The notes under the pieces were generated by a model. It was not told the origin of the DNA, did not search any database, and saw only the letters and a program-made list of their open reading frames with translations. From positions 45,241 through 109,240 of the forward strand of contig JBEKTQ010000008.1 in the NCBI GenBank assembly GCA_049515895.1: a stretch of 64,000 bases of DNA, in the 5' to 3' direction. Shown here piece after piece: positions 1 through 9,505 of the stretch (positions are counted from its first letter, which is position 1; every line of letters begins with the position of its first letter). A program made the position numbers and the translations under genes. The stretch is from Candidatus Bathyarchaeia archaeon (GTDB lineage: Archaea; Thermoproteota; Bathyarchaeia; Bathyarchaeales; Bathycorpusculaceae).

Positions 1-30
1 GGTTCGCAACAATAAAAGTTTGCTCAGGTT

Positions 31-1134
31 TTAGCTTGCCTGGAAGAAATGTGTCAGCTGCTTCTGACGTCGCTCTTCCCTGCTGAACCCTGAGACTTTA
101 ACACCAACCCTTCGAACTTCGAGCGGGGTTTCATCTAAGAATTTTTCAAACAATTCCCCCACGTTTCTGTCGATTGTTACTTTGTCTTTGGCTGGTTGCT
201 CAAGCGTTACGGATCTAGTTTTGCTGCTTAAGTCGGTAAGAACAACGTAGATCGCCACCTGCCTAAAACTCAAATTCCTCACTGCAACGTCTTTCGCGAC
301 GTCTTCGGTTAGCTCAGCGGTTTTCTGGAGGATAAAAGCCAGGTCACGAGAATCCTGCTTCAAGGTACCGATTCTACTTATGGATTCAGCTTCGCCCTGC
401 TCGTGAACAGGCTCATTATCAATAGCGTTGGCTGCGTTATGGAAGTAGACGCCCAGTATTTTTCCCCATATAGCCACGAGTCGCTGCACGTCAAAGATGG
501 CTAGGTCTCCAACTGTTTTGATGCCTAAAGACTCCATAACTGCTGAGGTCTTCTTCCCGACACCTAAGATTCGATCAACTGCTAACGGCGCAAGAAAAAT
601 CTTTGCTTCCTCAGGTCTCACTACGGTTAAGCCATCGGGTTTTTGGCTGTCGCAAGCAATTTTGGCCACAAGCTTGTTTGTTCCAACGCCAATTGAAAAA
701 GAAATTCCCACTTTACTCTTAACTTCATCTTTTATTATTTGCGCGTACTCCTTAGCCCTATCAAAACTGCCTTGAACCTGCTCCGTAACATCCAGGTATG
801 CCTCGTCAATGCTGACCTGCTCAAGGCTTGTTGCGTAGGTCTTGAGAATCTGCATGATGCGATTGCTTATTTGCTCGTAATATTCGTGGTCAACTGGCAG
901 GAAAACTGCGGTGGTTCCCTCAAGCTTCCGCTTAGCCATAAATAGCGGCATGCCTGACTTAACGGCGTATTTTCTGGCTATGTAGTTGCTGGTGCTAACG
1001 GCTCCGCTTTCTTCCGTACGTCCTGAGTAGACGCCAACAACAACGGGTTTATCTTTGAGGGTTGGGTTGCGGAGCTCCTCGCATTGCGCAAAGAAATAGT
1101 CGAAATCCACAAGCATAACCACACGGTTCTGCAT
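31..1134 (-). CDS. dinB: DNA polymerase IV (Y-family, DinB/Dbh)
   Basis: VDFDYFFAQ, STSNYIARKY, SIDEAYLD Y-family motifs; C-terminal QKQLTHFF PIP box. Confidence 0.95.
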   Translation of the reverse strand: MQNRVVMLVDFDYFFAQCEELRNPTLKDKPVVVGVYSGRTEESGAVSTSNYIARKYAVKSGMPLFMAKRKLEGTTAVFLPVDHEYYEQISNRIMQILKTYATSLEQVSIDEAYLDVTEQVQGSFDRAKEYAQIIKDEVKSKVGISFSIGVGTNKLVAKIACDSQKPDGLTVVRPEEAKIFLAPLAVDRILGVGKKTSAVMESLGIKTVGDLAIFDVQRLVAIWGKILGVYFHNAANAIDNEPVHEQGEAESISRIGTLKQDSRDLAFILQKTAELTEDVAKDVAVRNLSFRQVAIYVVLTDLSSKTRSVTLEQPAKDKVTIDRNVGELFEKFLDETPLEVRRVGVKVSGFSREERRQKQLTHFFQAS

Positions 1135-1139
1135 GAGCG

Positions 1140-2009
1140 TCAGGTCCCCTTCGCCTTAGGCATAAGCCAAGAACCATCGCATGGCGCAGTGTTTAACTCA
1201 GTTAAGCCTTCCCTGCAAACCCCAAACCTCATTCCATGAGCCACCGCCAAGTCACGGATACTTTTCAAAAGCTTGAACCTGACCTCTCTTGGCAAAAGCG
1301 TGTTGCCGCCGATTTTTTCGCCCTGTTGGAAATAGAGTGGTTTAAGCTTCTCCGCAACTTTTGGTAGTGCTTGGGTGAGCCGTATCCAATTGTCTGGTTT
1401 GGCCTTGTAAGTTGAACAAGTTAAATGTTTGACGCCTATGCACTCCAAATCCGCGATAAGTTCTTCCGGCTGATCATTCACGAGAGGTATGATAGGGTCT
1501 AACCTTACGGATACGGGTATGCCTGCTTTTACCAAGTCCTGAGCTGCCCTGAGGCGCAAAGAAGGCAAGGGCGCAAACGGCTCGATAAGCCTCGCTAAAT
1601 GCTCGTCTTCGGTTGTTATGGTCAACGCAACAGTTGACGGCATATTGCTGAGTAAATCGTTATCTCGTGTTACCAAGTTGCTTTTTGTAATTATTTGAAT
1701 TTTGCACTTGCTCCCGGCGAGGATTTCGAGACTTCGCCTAGTCAGGCCTTCTGAAGCTTCCACGCGTGGGTAAGGGTCTGAAGAGTTGGATAACGATATG
1801 GTTTCGCCATTAAGCTTCGCCGCTTCTCGCTTCAAAATGGTAAGTAAGTCCTTTTTCGGCTTGCAATCCTTGAAGTTTGGAATGTAGCTGGAGGCGTAGC
1901 AGTAGATGCATTTGTGGTCGCATCCTGTGTAAGGGTTAAAGGTAAGTTTTGGCGGGCAAGTACACAGTCCACTTTGCCATGGATCAAACTTCGCGATTAA
2001 CGGCACCAT
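1140..2009 (-). CDS. Radical SAM protein, spore photoproduct lyase-like family
   Basis: NPYTGCDHKCIYCYA (CxxxCxxC), SDPYP, ITKS motifs; 5 bp from dinB. Confidence 0.85.
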   Translation of the reverse strand: MVPLIAKFDPWQSGLCTCPPKLTFNPYTGCDHKCIYCYASSYIPNFKDCKPKKDLLTILKREAAKLNGETISLSNSSDPYPRVEASEGLTRRSLEILAGSKCKIQIITKSNLVTRDNDLLSNMPSTVALTITTEDEHLARLIEPFAPLPSLRLRAAQDLVKAGIPVSVRLDPIIPLVNDQPEELIADLECIGVKHLTCSTYKAKPDNWIRLTQALPKVAEKLKPLYFQQGEKIGGNTLLPREVRFKLLKSIRDLAVAHGMRFGVCREGLTELNTAPCDGSWLMPKAKGT

Positions 2010-2025
2010 TTTCCCTTACGGTTAC

Positions 2026-2181
2026 TTATGCGATTGAGGTAAACAAAAAGGATTCGCAACAAGAACGAGGTTTGAAGCCCAAAACCGCTTGCTTAAGTTC
2101 AGATGGGGAACCGCCAGTTATAATCTTGCCGTGGTTGATGATGGAGAGTTGCCGGCAGAGTCTGTCTGCCTCCTCCAGGTA
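2026..2181 (-). pseudogene. Fragment of ABC transporter ATP-binding subunit (H-loop to C-terminal part)
   Basis: Manual translation YLEEADRLCRQLSIINHGKIITGGSPSELK aligns with YIEEADQLCQRVAMINKGKIVALDGPQKLK of the ORF at 36489-37469; no start codon, upstream stop. Confidence 0.75.
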
Positions 2182-2231
2182 CCATTTACATTCGCTGAAA
2201 CAATAATGTCAAAAAATCCGACAAAATCTTC

Positions 2232-2654
2232 TTATGGACAACATTTGCCTTTAGGGATGGGGTGCCCATGGGGGCATTTTGTCGGATGGTTTAACAACGT
2301 GCACAAGGCGTCCATGAACTCTTCATCCATGTGATGTTCCATGCCACAGACAGTTTCTTCTCGAATATCCGTCTTCAAGGTTTCTTTCATCAGCACTTCG
2401 GTTAGTCTATGAGCTCGAATTATTCTCCGCGCTATTTTTCGTCCTTTGTCGGTAAGTTCGATACCTTGTCTTACTTTGTAAATTACGAGACCCTCTTTCT
2501 CGAGCTTTTTCAGCATTTCCAGCGCGCTTGGAGCTGCAACTCCCAGATGATCTGCTATCCAGGTTAGGTGTGTAATTTTTTCTCCGTGTTCTTCTGATAT
2601 CCAGAGTGTTTCTAAGTATTCTTCTACACTTTCAGAGATGCACATTTGAGTCAA
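2232..2654 (-). CDS. DtxR/MntR family metal-dependent repressor
   Basis: EEYLETL, HRLTE, GMEHH, CPHGHPIP motifs. Confidence 0.93.
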   Translation of the reverse strand: MTQMCISESVEEYLETLWISEEHGEKITHLTWIADHLGVAAPSALEMLKKLEKEGLVIYKVRQGIELTDKGRKIARRIIRAHRLTEVLMKETLKTDIREETVCGMEHHMDEEFMDALCTLLNHPTKCPHGHPIPKGKCCP

Positions 2655-2727
2655 TTAGTAGAGTGTTCTCGCTTGTCATATAAGTTTTGACTTATGCATT
2701 TCTTTGCGGTTCTGTTGATTGCGAAAG

Positions 2728-2782
2728 ACTTAGGAACACCTAAATGTTAATATTCAAGCGTGTGACTTAGGTAAACCTAAGT
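2728..2782. promoter_or_regulatory. Two DtxR-type operators (TTAGG-N4-CCTAA) between the regulator and NRAMP
   Basis: TTAGGAACACCTAA at 2730-2743 and ACTTAGGTAAACCTAAGT at 2765-2782 flank an AT-rich TATA-like segment and match the DtxR/IdeR box core TTAGGTTAGCCTAA. Confidence 0.85.
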
Positions 2783-2793
2783 GAGTGGGAAAT

Positions 2794-3981
2794 ATGAACC
2801 AAAAAGTGAGCGACTGGCTAAAAAACTTCGGACCAGCATGGATCGTAATGATAGCAGACGTAGACGTCGCCTCCATCATCACCGGGCTCCAAGCAGGCGC
2901 AAGCTGGGGCTACAGAATGATCTTTATACTGATAGTCTTAATTTTCCCACTCTTCATAATACAGGACGCAGCAGGCCGCCTCGGAATCGCCTCAGGCAGA
3001 GGGCTCGGAGAACAAATAAGAAACAACTTTGGAAAAAAAGCCGCGGTTTTGGCTGCTATCCCAATGGGTTTAAGCGACTTTTTGGAGTATATTGCACAGT
3101 ATGCGGGCATCGCAATCGGCTTCGCATTGATAGGTTTCCCAGTGATTTTGGGGCTCCTCATGGTGTTCGGGATCCACACGCTAATCGTTTTCGGGCGCCA
3201 GTACCATCAAGCCGAGAAGGTGCTCATACCTGTCAGCTTCTTGCTGATGATCGCAATTGTCAGCTCAACGTTTGTTTTCCACGTCAACTTTGGATCGTTT
3301 GTTACGCTGGGTCTTTCGCCCCTGCAACCCTACGGAAACCCTTCCTTCGCTTATCTGCTTGCAGCCAGCGTCGGTGCAGTCATCATGCCGTGGATGCTCT
3401 ATTTCCATTCAGGTGCAGATTCCCGAAGACACAAGGAGGTTAAAGATCTAAAAAACGAACGCTTAGAAACTTTAATCGGCGCAGTAGTTTCCGAAATCCT
3501 CATGATAATACTTGTCGTGGTTGGGTTAAACGTTTTCAGCGGAGATCGACTGATCAACGTTAACGAACTGTCGAAAGTGCTTCCTGTGTTTGGCAACTAC
3601 GCCGTACCGATAATGGGAATGGGATTCATCTTCGCAGGCTTTCTAGCCCTCGTTGTGGTATCTCTCGGTTCAGCTTGGGGTGTCCTCGAAGCAACGGGAC
3701 GTGCAAATTCAAGAACTTCTTTTCTCACAATATACATCTTTGAAAGCCTTCCAGCGCTCATTTTAGTTGCTGTCGTCACTGGTTACATTCAATTGATGCT
3801 TAACATGATGTTCATCTTCCCCATCGTTCTAATACCTTCCTTGTATTTCTTGGGCAGGCTTGTAACAAAAAAGGAAGTAATGAACGGGAACCAATACAAG
3901 AGATACGAGAAATACGCCTTCTGGATAGCCACGCTAATAGTGGTTGCTGGGGGACTACTTGGACTATTCAGCGTGCTTTGA
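2794..3981 (+). CDS. NRAMP family divalent metal (Mn/Fe) transporter
   Basis: GPAWIVMIADVD, GAVIMPW motifs; many TM segments; divergent from the DtxR gene. Confidence 0.9.
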   Translation: MNQKVSDWLKNFGPAWIVMIADVDVASIITGLQAGASWGYRMIFILIVLIFPLFIIQDAAGRLGIASGRGLGEQIRNNFGKKAAVLAAIPMGLSDFLEYIAQYAGIAIGFALIGFPVILGLLMVFGIHTLIVFGRQYHQAEKVLIPVSFLLMIAIVSSTFVFHVNFGSFVTLGLSPLQPYGNPSFAYLLAASVGAVIMPWMLYFHSGADSRRHKEVKDLKNERLETLIGAVVSEILMIILVVVGLNVFSGDRLINVNELSKVLPVFGNYAVPIMGMGFIFAGFLALVVVSLGSAWGVLEATGRANSRTSFLTIYIFESLPALILVAVVTGYIQLMLNMMFIFPIVLIPSLYFLGRLVTKKEVMNGNQYKRYEKYAFWIATLIVVAGGLLGLFSVL

Positions 3982-4064
3982 AGGCTTCCCGTCAAGATGG
4001 CGAATTTGACCCTAAAACTTTTATTGCACCGAGCACCCATTCTCAATTTCTAAGCTGAACTGCC

Positions 4065-4913
4065 ATGACTATTATCCAGCTGCTGTACTCCATAATAATT
4101 GGGATCATCCAAGGCGTTTCCGAGTGGCTTCCGATAAGCAGTAAAACGCAGATTATTGTCTCCTCAACGTACCTGTTGAAGCTGACTTTTCAGCAGGCGT
4201 ACACTTTCGGCTTGTTCATGGAGGTCGGGACATTGACAGCGGCTATAATCTACTTCCGAAAGGATTTGGTTAAGCTCGTGCAGGTTTTATCGGGTTCGAA
4301 GGATGAAATGAAACGCAAACTTTTCTTTTACGTTCTCATCGTCACCTTGATTACAGCCGTGATTGCTGCTCCTCTGTACCTTATCGCTGATTCTATAACG
4401 GGAATAGCGGTTGGCGTTCCCATGCTGGTTATAGGCTTAGTTCTCATAGGCGACGCCGCCTTGATCAGGTACTCCAAAAAGAGACAGCAAAATGGGGTAG
4501 CTCCACGAAAACTGAAAAACCTCACAGTCAAAGATTACCTAGTAATAGGAATCACACAGGGTATATCGGCGCTGCCGGGCGTTAGCAGATCAGGAATTAC
4601 CACTAGCGCGATGCTTCTGCTGGGCATCGAACCCGACGAGGCGTTCAGATTGTCCTTTACTGCAGGGATTTTCGCTGCCTTGGGAGCTTTCGGGTTGACC
4701 TTAATCGCCAGCAAATCAAACGTTGCAGCATCAATCGCGAGTATAGGAATAACAGGTTTGATTGTGGCAATAATTACATCATTTATAATCAGCCTGTTTC
4801 TCATCGATTTTCTAATTAAATTTGCTGGAAAACAGAAAGTTACCTACCTAACGGCTGCGTTGGGAGTAATTGCCATAACCAGCGGCTTGTTGTACCTGGT
4901 TCTTGGGGTGTAG
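4065..4913 (+). CDS. uppP: Undecaprenyl-diphosphate phosphatase (BacA family)
   Basis: QGVSEWLPISS and LPGVSRSG motifs. Confidence 0.92.
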   Translation: MTIIQLLYSIIIGIIQGVSEWLPISSKTQIIVSSTYLLKLTFQQAYTFGLFMEVGTLTAAIIYFRKDLVKLVQVLSGSKDEMKRKLFFYVLIVTLITAVIAAPLYLIADSITGIAVGVPMLVIGLVLIGDAALIRYSKKRQQNGVAPRKLKNLTVKDYLVIGITQGISALPGVSRSGITTSAMLLLGIEPDEAFRLSFTAGIFAALGAFGLTLIASKSNVAASIASIGITGLIVAIITSFIISLFLIDFLIKFAGKQKVTYLTAALGVIAITSGLLYLVLGV

Positions 4914-5035
4914 GTCACTTCCACTAAAAATTGCAAATTTCAAACTTTTTCATTGGGTAAGTTTTCCAAGATGGCGCCTAGAACAGGAGCATAACTTAGA
5001 AACCATTAAATCCCTTTGCCTTCCACTATTAGCGC

Positions 5036-6442
5036 ATGAAGAATTTTTTGGATTTCCTCAAAGAAGAAAACATGAGCTTGTTCACGGATTTTTACGAGTT
5101 AACGATGTGCGCAAGCTACTTTGACAATGAAAACTTTGAGCAAGCTACTTTTGATTTGTTTATCCGGAGGTTGCCCGAAAACCGCTCGTATTTTCTGTTC
5201 GCAGGTCTCGAGCAGAGTCTCCAGTACCTGCAAAATATCAAGTTCACCGACGAGCATCTGGATTACCTTAAAGCGCAAGGTTTTAATGAGGATTTTCTGG
5301 ACTACCTCCATGGGTTCAAGTTTACGGGTGAAGTTTGGGCCGTTGCAGAAGGCTCGCTGGCTTTTCCAAATGAACCCTTAATCCGAGTTACGGCCCCGAT
5401 AATTGAAGCACAACTTGTTGAGACTTTCCTGCTTAACACAGTCAACCTGCAAACCATGATAGCCACCAAAGCCTCGCGGGTAGTGCATGCCGCTAAAGGC
5501 AGGCCAATAATCGAATTCGGATTAAGAAGGGAACAGGGCCTTGACGCTGGGATGAAGGTAGCACGGAGCAGCTATATCGCAGGTTGCCAGGGAACAAGCA
5601 ACGTTTTGGCAGGGCAGGTTTACGGCATTCCAGTTTTCGGAACAATGGCGCATTCGTTCATTATGTCTTATTCGAAGGAGATTGATGCATTCCGAGCCTT
5701 CACGGAAACTTTCCCGAACAAGTCGACGCTTCTTATAGACACTTACGATGATATATCAGGCGCAGAAAAAGCCGCAGTCATAGCCAAAGAACTTGAGGCA
5801 AAGGGCTGCAAGCTGGGTGGCGTTCGATTGGACAGCGGCGACTTGTCCAAGACTAGCAAGAAAATCCGAGAGTTTCTTGACGCACAAGGACTAAATTACC
5901 TAAAAATCTTTGCCAGCGGTGACCTAGATGAATTCAAAATTGAGGAACTCCTCGACAATGGCGCTCAAATCGATTCGTTCGGGGTGGGAACAAAAATGGG
6001 CACTTCAGCCGATAGACCTTACCTGGATGTGATTTACAAGCTATGCGAAACCATGAAAGCAGACGGTGGCTTTTCACCTATCATGAAGCTAAGCAAGGAC
6101 AAAATCACTCTTCCAGGCAGAAAGCAAGTTTACCGCTTCAAAGACGCCAAGGGCAATTTCGAGAAAGACACAATTGCTTTGGCGGATGAAAAAATCGAGG
6201 CTGAACCTTTGTTGATTAAAGTAATGGAAAAAGGAAAATTGACTTATGCCCTACCATCGCTAAGCCAAATCCGAGCCAATGCAGCTGTGAGCTTATCTAA
6301 GCTTCCAGATAAGTACAAGGCGTTGTCCAGTGCACCTGTTTACACGGTTGAGTTAAGCAAAAACCTGCTGAACCTAGTGAAAACTCTTAAGCGCCAACTA
6401 ACAATAAGCGAGATTAATGGTACTTCTTTTGTGCCTGCTTAG
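5036..6442 (+). CDS. pncB: Nicotinate phosphoribosyltransferase
   Basis: TDFYELTM, EFGLRR, GTMAHS, LIDTYD, RLDSGD. Confidence 0.95.
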   Translation: MKNFLDFLKEENMSLFTDFYELTMCASYFDNENFEQATFDLFIRRLPENRSYFLFAGLEQSLQYLQNIKFTDEHLDYLKAQGFNEDFLDYLHGFKFTGEVWAVAEGSLAFPNEPLIRVTAPIIEAQLVETFLLNTVNLQTMIATKASRVVHAAKGRPIIEFGLRREQGLDAGMKVARSSYIAGCQGTSNVLAGQVYGIPVFGTMAHSFIMSYSKEIDAFRAFTETFPNKSTLLIDTYDDISGAEKAAVIAKELEAKGCKLGGVRLDSGDLSKTSKKIREFLDAQGLNYLKIFASGDLDEFKIEELLDNGAQIDSFGVGTKMGTSADRPYLDVIYKLCETMKADGGFSPIMKLSKDKITLPGRKQVYRFKDAKGNFEKDTIALADEKIEAEPLLIKVMEKGKLTYALPSLSQIRANAAVSLSKLPDKYKALSSAPVYTVELSKNLLNLVKTLKRQLTISEINGTSFVPA

Positions 6443-6743
6443 TTTTTCTTTGTTTTGGCGCTTTTCTCTTGAGTCACCCGCATAACTGTTTCTCCTTGTG
6501 CATGCTGTGGCGGAATTTATCACATTGCTTTAAGTGCTTGGATCATGGGCGAGCCCATCTATTTTTTTAGTGAAGAGCAGTAAGCAAATCCTTTACTTTC
6601 CCCAAGCAATCTTCCTATAGAAGAGATAAGTCGATTTTGCATGTTGTAATCACCTTTTCTCGCGTTTTTAGTGTGAAATATGGCAAACACTTAATAGCCT
6701 TTTCAGAAGAGGTTAAGTGCTACAGTAAAGGGAAGGCAGCATC

Positions 6744-7949
6744 TTGCAAAATCGACCAGCCATTGTTGCTGTTGGCAGAACCAAGTTCGGGGAGCATTAT
6801 GGCAAAGAACCCGAGAAACTTATTGAGGAAGCTTGGCTTGCCGCTTCAAACGAATGCAGTTTAGAACGGAAGGACCTTGAAGCCTGCTATATGTCAGATT
6901 GTTTTCTCCCGATTACGAACAAGTTGGGTTTGGAAGAGGGCTTTCTTTCAGAGCTCACCGAGTTGCATGTGCCCATGGAGGTAACCCGTTCTTTCAGTGC
7001 TGCACTGTTAACCGCCTGCCACGCGATTCAGGCAGGAGTTTACAACACTGTCCTCGTCGGGGGCATCGAAAAAATGACGGATCGCTGGGACAAAATACGG
7101 GACGACCTTATGCTGCTGGAAGATCCGTGGAGCTACTTTGCAGGCGGCACTCCGGAAGCCAATCATGAACTGCTGTTAAGAGCCTACATAAAGAAGCATC
7201 ACATAACAGGCGAAAACCTGAACAAGCTCAACATCGCCTTAGCACAAGTTTCTGTAAAAAACCATGCGAACGCAACCAAAAACAAGTACGCACAGTATCA
7301 AAGACCAATCACGGTTGACCAAGTCTTGAACGCGAGGAAAACAGAGCATAAACCTTTAGGCATGTATGATTTTGCCCCGGTTTCCGATGGTGCCTCGGCG
7401 TTGATTCTGACAAGTGAAAGTACCGCCAAGAAGCGATGTGATAAACCAGTTTACGTTTTAGCGTGCACTTCAGCCACTGACTACTTGAACTACTCGGCGA
7501 GGGAGGATTTGTCTCGTTTTGTGGCGGGCGAAATCGCGATGAAGAATGCTGTTCAAGTAGCTAAGACTGCCTTGTCTGATATACAGGTTATCGAAATAAA
7601 TGACCAGTCTACGATGATGGAGCTTGTTTCGCTTGAAGATTTAGGCTTCATTGAGTCAGGGAGCGCGTGGAAAAACATCTATGAAAGCTACGTGAACAAT
7701 AGGAATTCTTATGAGGTAAACGGTAAGCAGCTTTTCGTTAATACTGATGGGGGGTTAAAAGCCGATGGGAACCCGTTTGGGGCCACTGGCGGGGCTCAGG
7801 TTTTTGAAGTCTATCGCCAGCTAAAAGGTCAGGCTGGAGCCCGGCAGGTTAGCTTCGTTGATGGTTCACCGAAGACTGGTTGCGTTTCGGAGTTTGAAGG
7901 CTTCGGAACGAAGGCTTACGCGACTATCTTAGGAGAGAAGAAAGATTGA
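6744..7949 (+). CDS. Thiolase-fold protein (archaeal/SCP2-type) with degenerate catalytic motifs
   Basis: VGRTKFG, VGGIEKM, PVSDGASALIL, NTDGGLKADGNPFGATG; nucleophile Cys motif absent. Confidence 0.85.
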   Translation: MQNRPAIVAVGRTKFGEHYGKEPEKLIEEAWLAASNECSLERKDLEACYMSDCFLPITNKLGLEEGFLSELTELHVPMEVTRSFSAALLTACHAIQAGVYNTVLVGGIEKMTDRWDKIRDDLMLLEDPWSYFAGGTPEANHELLLRAYIKKHHITGENLNKLNIALAQVSVKNHANATKNKYAQYQRPITVDQVLNARKTEHKPLGMYDFAPVSDGASALILTSESTAKKRCDKPVYVLACTSATDYLNYSAREDLSRFVAGEIAMKNAVQVAKTALSDIQVIEINDQSTMMELVSLEDLGFIESGSAWKNIYESYVNNRNSYEVNGKQLFVNTDGGLKADGNPFGATGGAQVFEVYRQLKGQAGARQVSFVDGSPKTGCVSEFEGFGTKAYATILGEKKD

Positions 7950-9454
7950 GTAGTGAACCGATAGAGCGACGGGTTTCATATTTAGGTGACAGGTTACGCG
8001 CTAGCCAATGCCAGTGCTGCGGCAAAGAATATTTTGAAGTTAGAGATTACTGCAGCAACTGCGGCAGAAAAAGCTATGGAAAAATGGATAGCATAGACCT
8101 GTTTTATGACAGGGGAAAACTTGAATTATGCACATTCATCAATGAACCCACCAACAAGTTCATGAAGCTTTCAAGCTACGTTTACGGGATAATTTCTTTT
8201 CACAACGGCAAAATTCGTGTACCAGGAAGATTAACTGACCAGCTAATAGCGGACGGCAAGGATGTTGACTTGGCAAGCCTTGAAGGGAGAGAAGTAGTTC
8301 CCCGTTTCCGCAGGCGTTACTCGGTGGGAAAAAGCGAAGTCGTTCCAACGATTTCGTTGGCTTTCACTTTAGCCGATGAGTATTACCCACACCAAGAATA
8401 TCGCATAACCGCACCCAACAAAGAGTATGAGTTACCGGGAGTCGTTGGCTACGGCGTTTACTCTTCCAGGTTCCGAATAAAAGAAGCAGGATTAGAACGC
8501 GCTGTCCCATTCGTTGATGAAGACTCGGTAACGGCGGCTGTGGAGGCAGGAAAACTCGCCTTGATTCATTCAGGCATTGACAGCAGGCTAGTTGGCAAAG
8601 TTTATGTCGGTTCAGAATCCAACCCGTATTCAGTTAAGCCTATCGCGTCTAAGGTAGCTCAGGTGCTTAAGCTCGGCGAAGAAGACGGCGATGTTCAAGG
8701 CGTCGACGCAGTTGACACCGAGTTCGCGTGTAAAGCAGCTACAAGCATGTTTAAGGATGCTTGCGCCCTCGTCAGTTACCCACGTTCAGGCGTAAAATAT
8801 GCAATAGTTATTGGCGCCGATAATGCCCAAGCAGCGCCAAGAGGCTGCCCAGGAGGCGAATTGGACACGTTTGTCGGTTATGGTGGTGCCGCGTTCATTT
8901 TCGGAAAAAGCGACGTAATAGCTCAGGTGGAAGGGTGGTATTCCTGCACTTCTGATACACCTGATTTCTGGCGTCGGGATGGCGAACCTTTCCCGATGCA
9001 TGGCGGAAGATTCACAGGCGACCCTGCCTACTTCAAGCATGTCCGCAAGGCAACGTGTAAACTTATGGAGCGGCATAACCTCAAAGCAAACGATATCGGT
9101 TATTTCGTTGCTCATCAGCCTAACCCTCAGTTCCCAGCTAGAATAGCTAAGGAGCTTGGGTTTAGGGATGAACAGTATTTGCCTGGGCTTATGATTAACA
9201 AATTCGGCAACACCTACTCCGGCTGTGTGCCCCTGAGTTTAGCGGCCGTCCTTGACATAGCGAAACCTGAAGAGCTTATTTTAGTCGGTAGCTACGGTTC
9301 AGGAGCTGGAAGCGACGCATACCTGCTTAGAACCACAAGCCAGCTTGTCGACAAGCGAAAACAGCAGAAGGTAAACGTCAAATTTCAATCTGAAAACCCA
9401 TTCATTGAATATGTAGATTACACGACCTATCGGCGTCTTAAACTTGGGATGTAA
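7946..9454 (+). CDS. DUF35 (Zn-ribbon/OB)-hydroxymethylglutaryl-CoA synthase fusion
   Basis: N-terminal CQCC...CSNC plus OB region; C-terminal GSESNPY, EFACKAAT, AHQPN, GNTYSG, SYGSGAGSD. Confidence 0.88.
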   Translation: MSSEPIERRVSYLGDRLRASQCQCCGKEYFEVRDYCSNCGRKSYGKMDSIDLFYDRGKLELCTFINEPTNKFMKLSSYVYGIISFHNGKIRVPGRLTDQLIADGKDVDLASLEGREVVPRFRRRYSVGKSEVVPTISLAFTLADEYYPHQEYRITAPNKEYELPGVVGYGVYSSRFRIKEAGLERAVPFVDEDSVTAAVEAGKLALIHSGIDSRLVGKVYVGSESNPYSVKPIASKVAQVLKLGEEDGDVQGVDAVDTEFACKAATSMFKDACALVSYPRSGVKYAIVIGADNAQAAPRGCPGGELDTFVGYGGAAFIFGKSDVIAQVEGWYSCTSDTPDFWRRDGEPFPMHGGRFTGDPAYFKHVRKATCKLMERHNLKANDIGYFVAHQPNPQFPARIAKELGFRDEQYLPGLMINKFGNTYSGCVPLSLAAVLDIAKPEELILVGSYGSGAGSDAYLLRTTSQLVDKRKQQKVNVKFQSENPFIEYVDYTTYRRLKLGM

Positions 9455-9505
9455 CAAATACTTTAATAAACAACAGTGAAACACACATAGCGAGGAACCA
9501 AGAGA

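Noticed and set aside
2100-2200. Possible fluoride riboswitch or C/D box RNA (GATGG..., TGATGA...CTGA)
   Set aside because: The motifs are incomplete, and the segment is better explained as an ABC ATPase relic on the minus strand.
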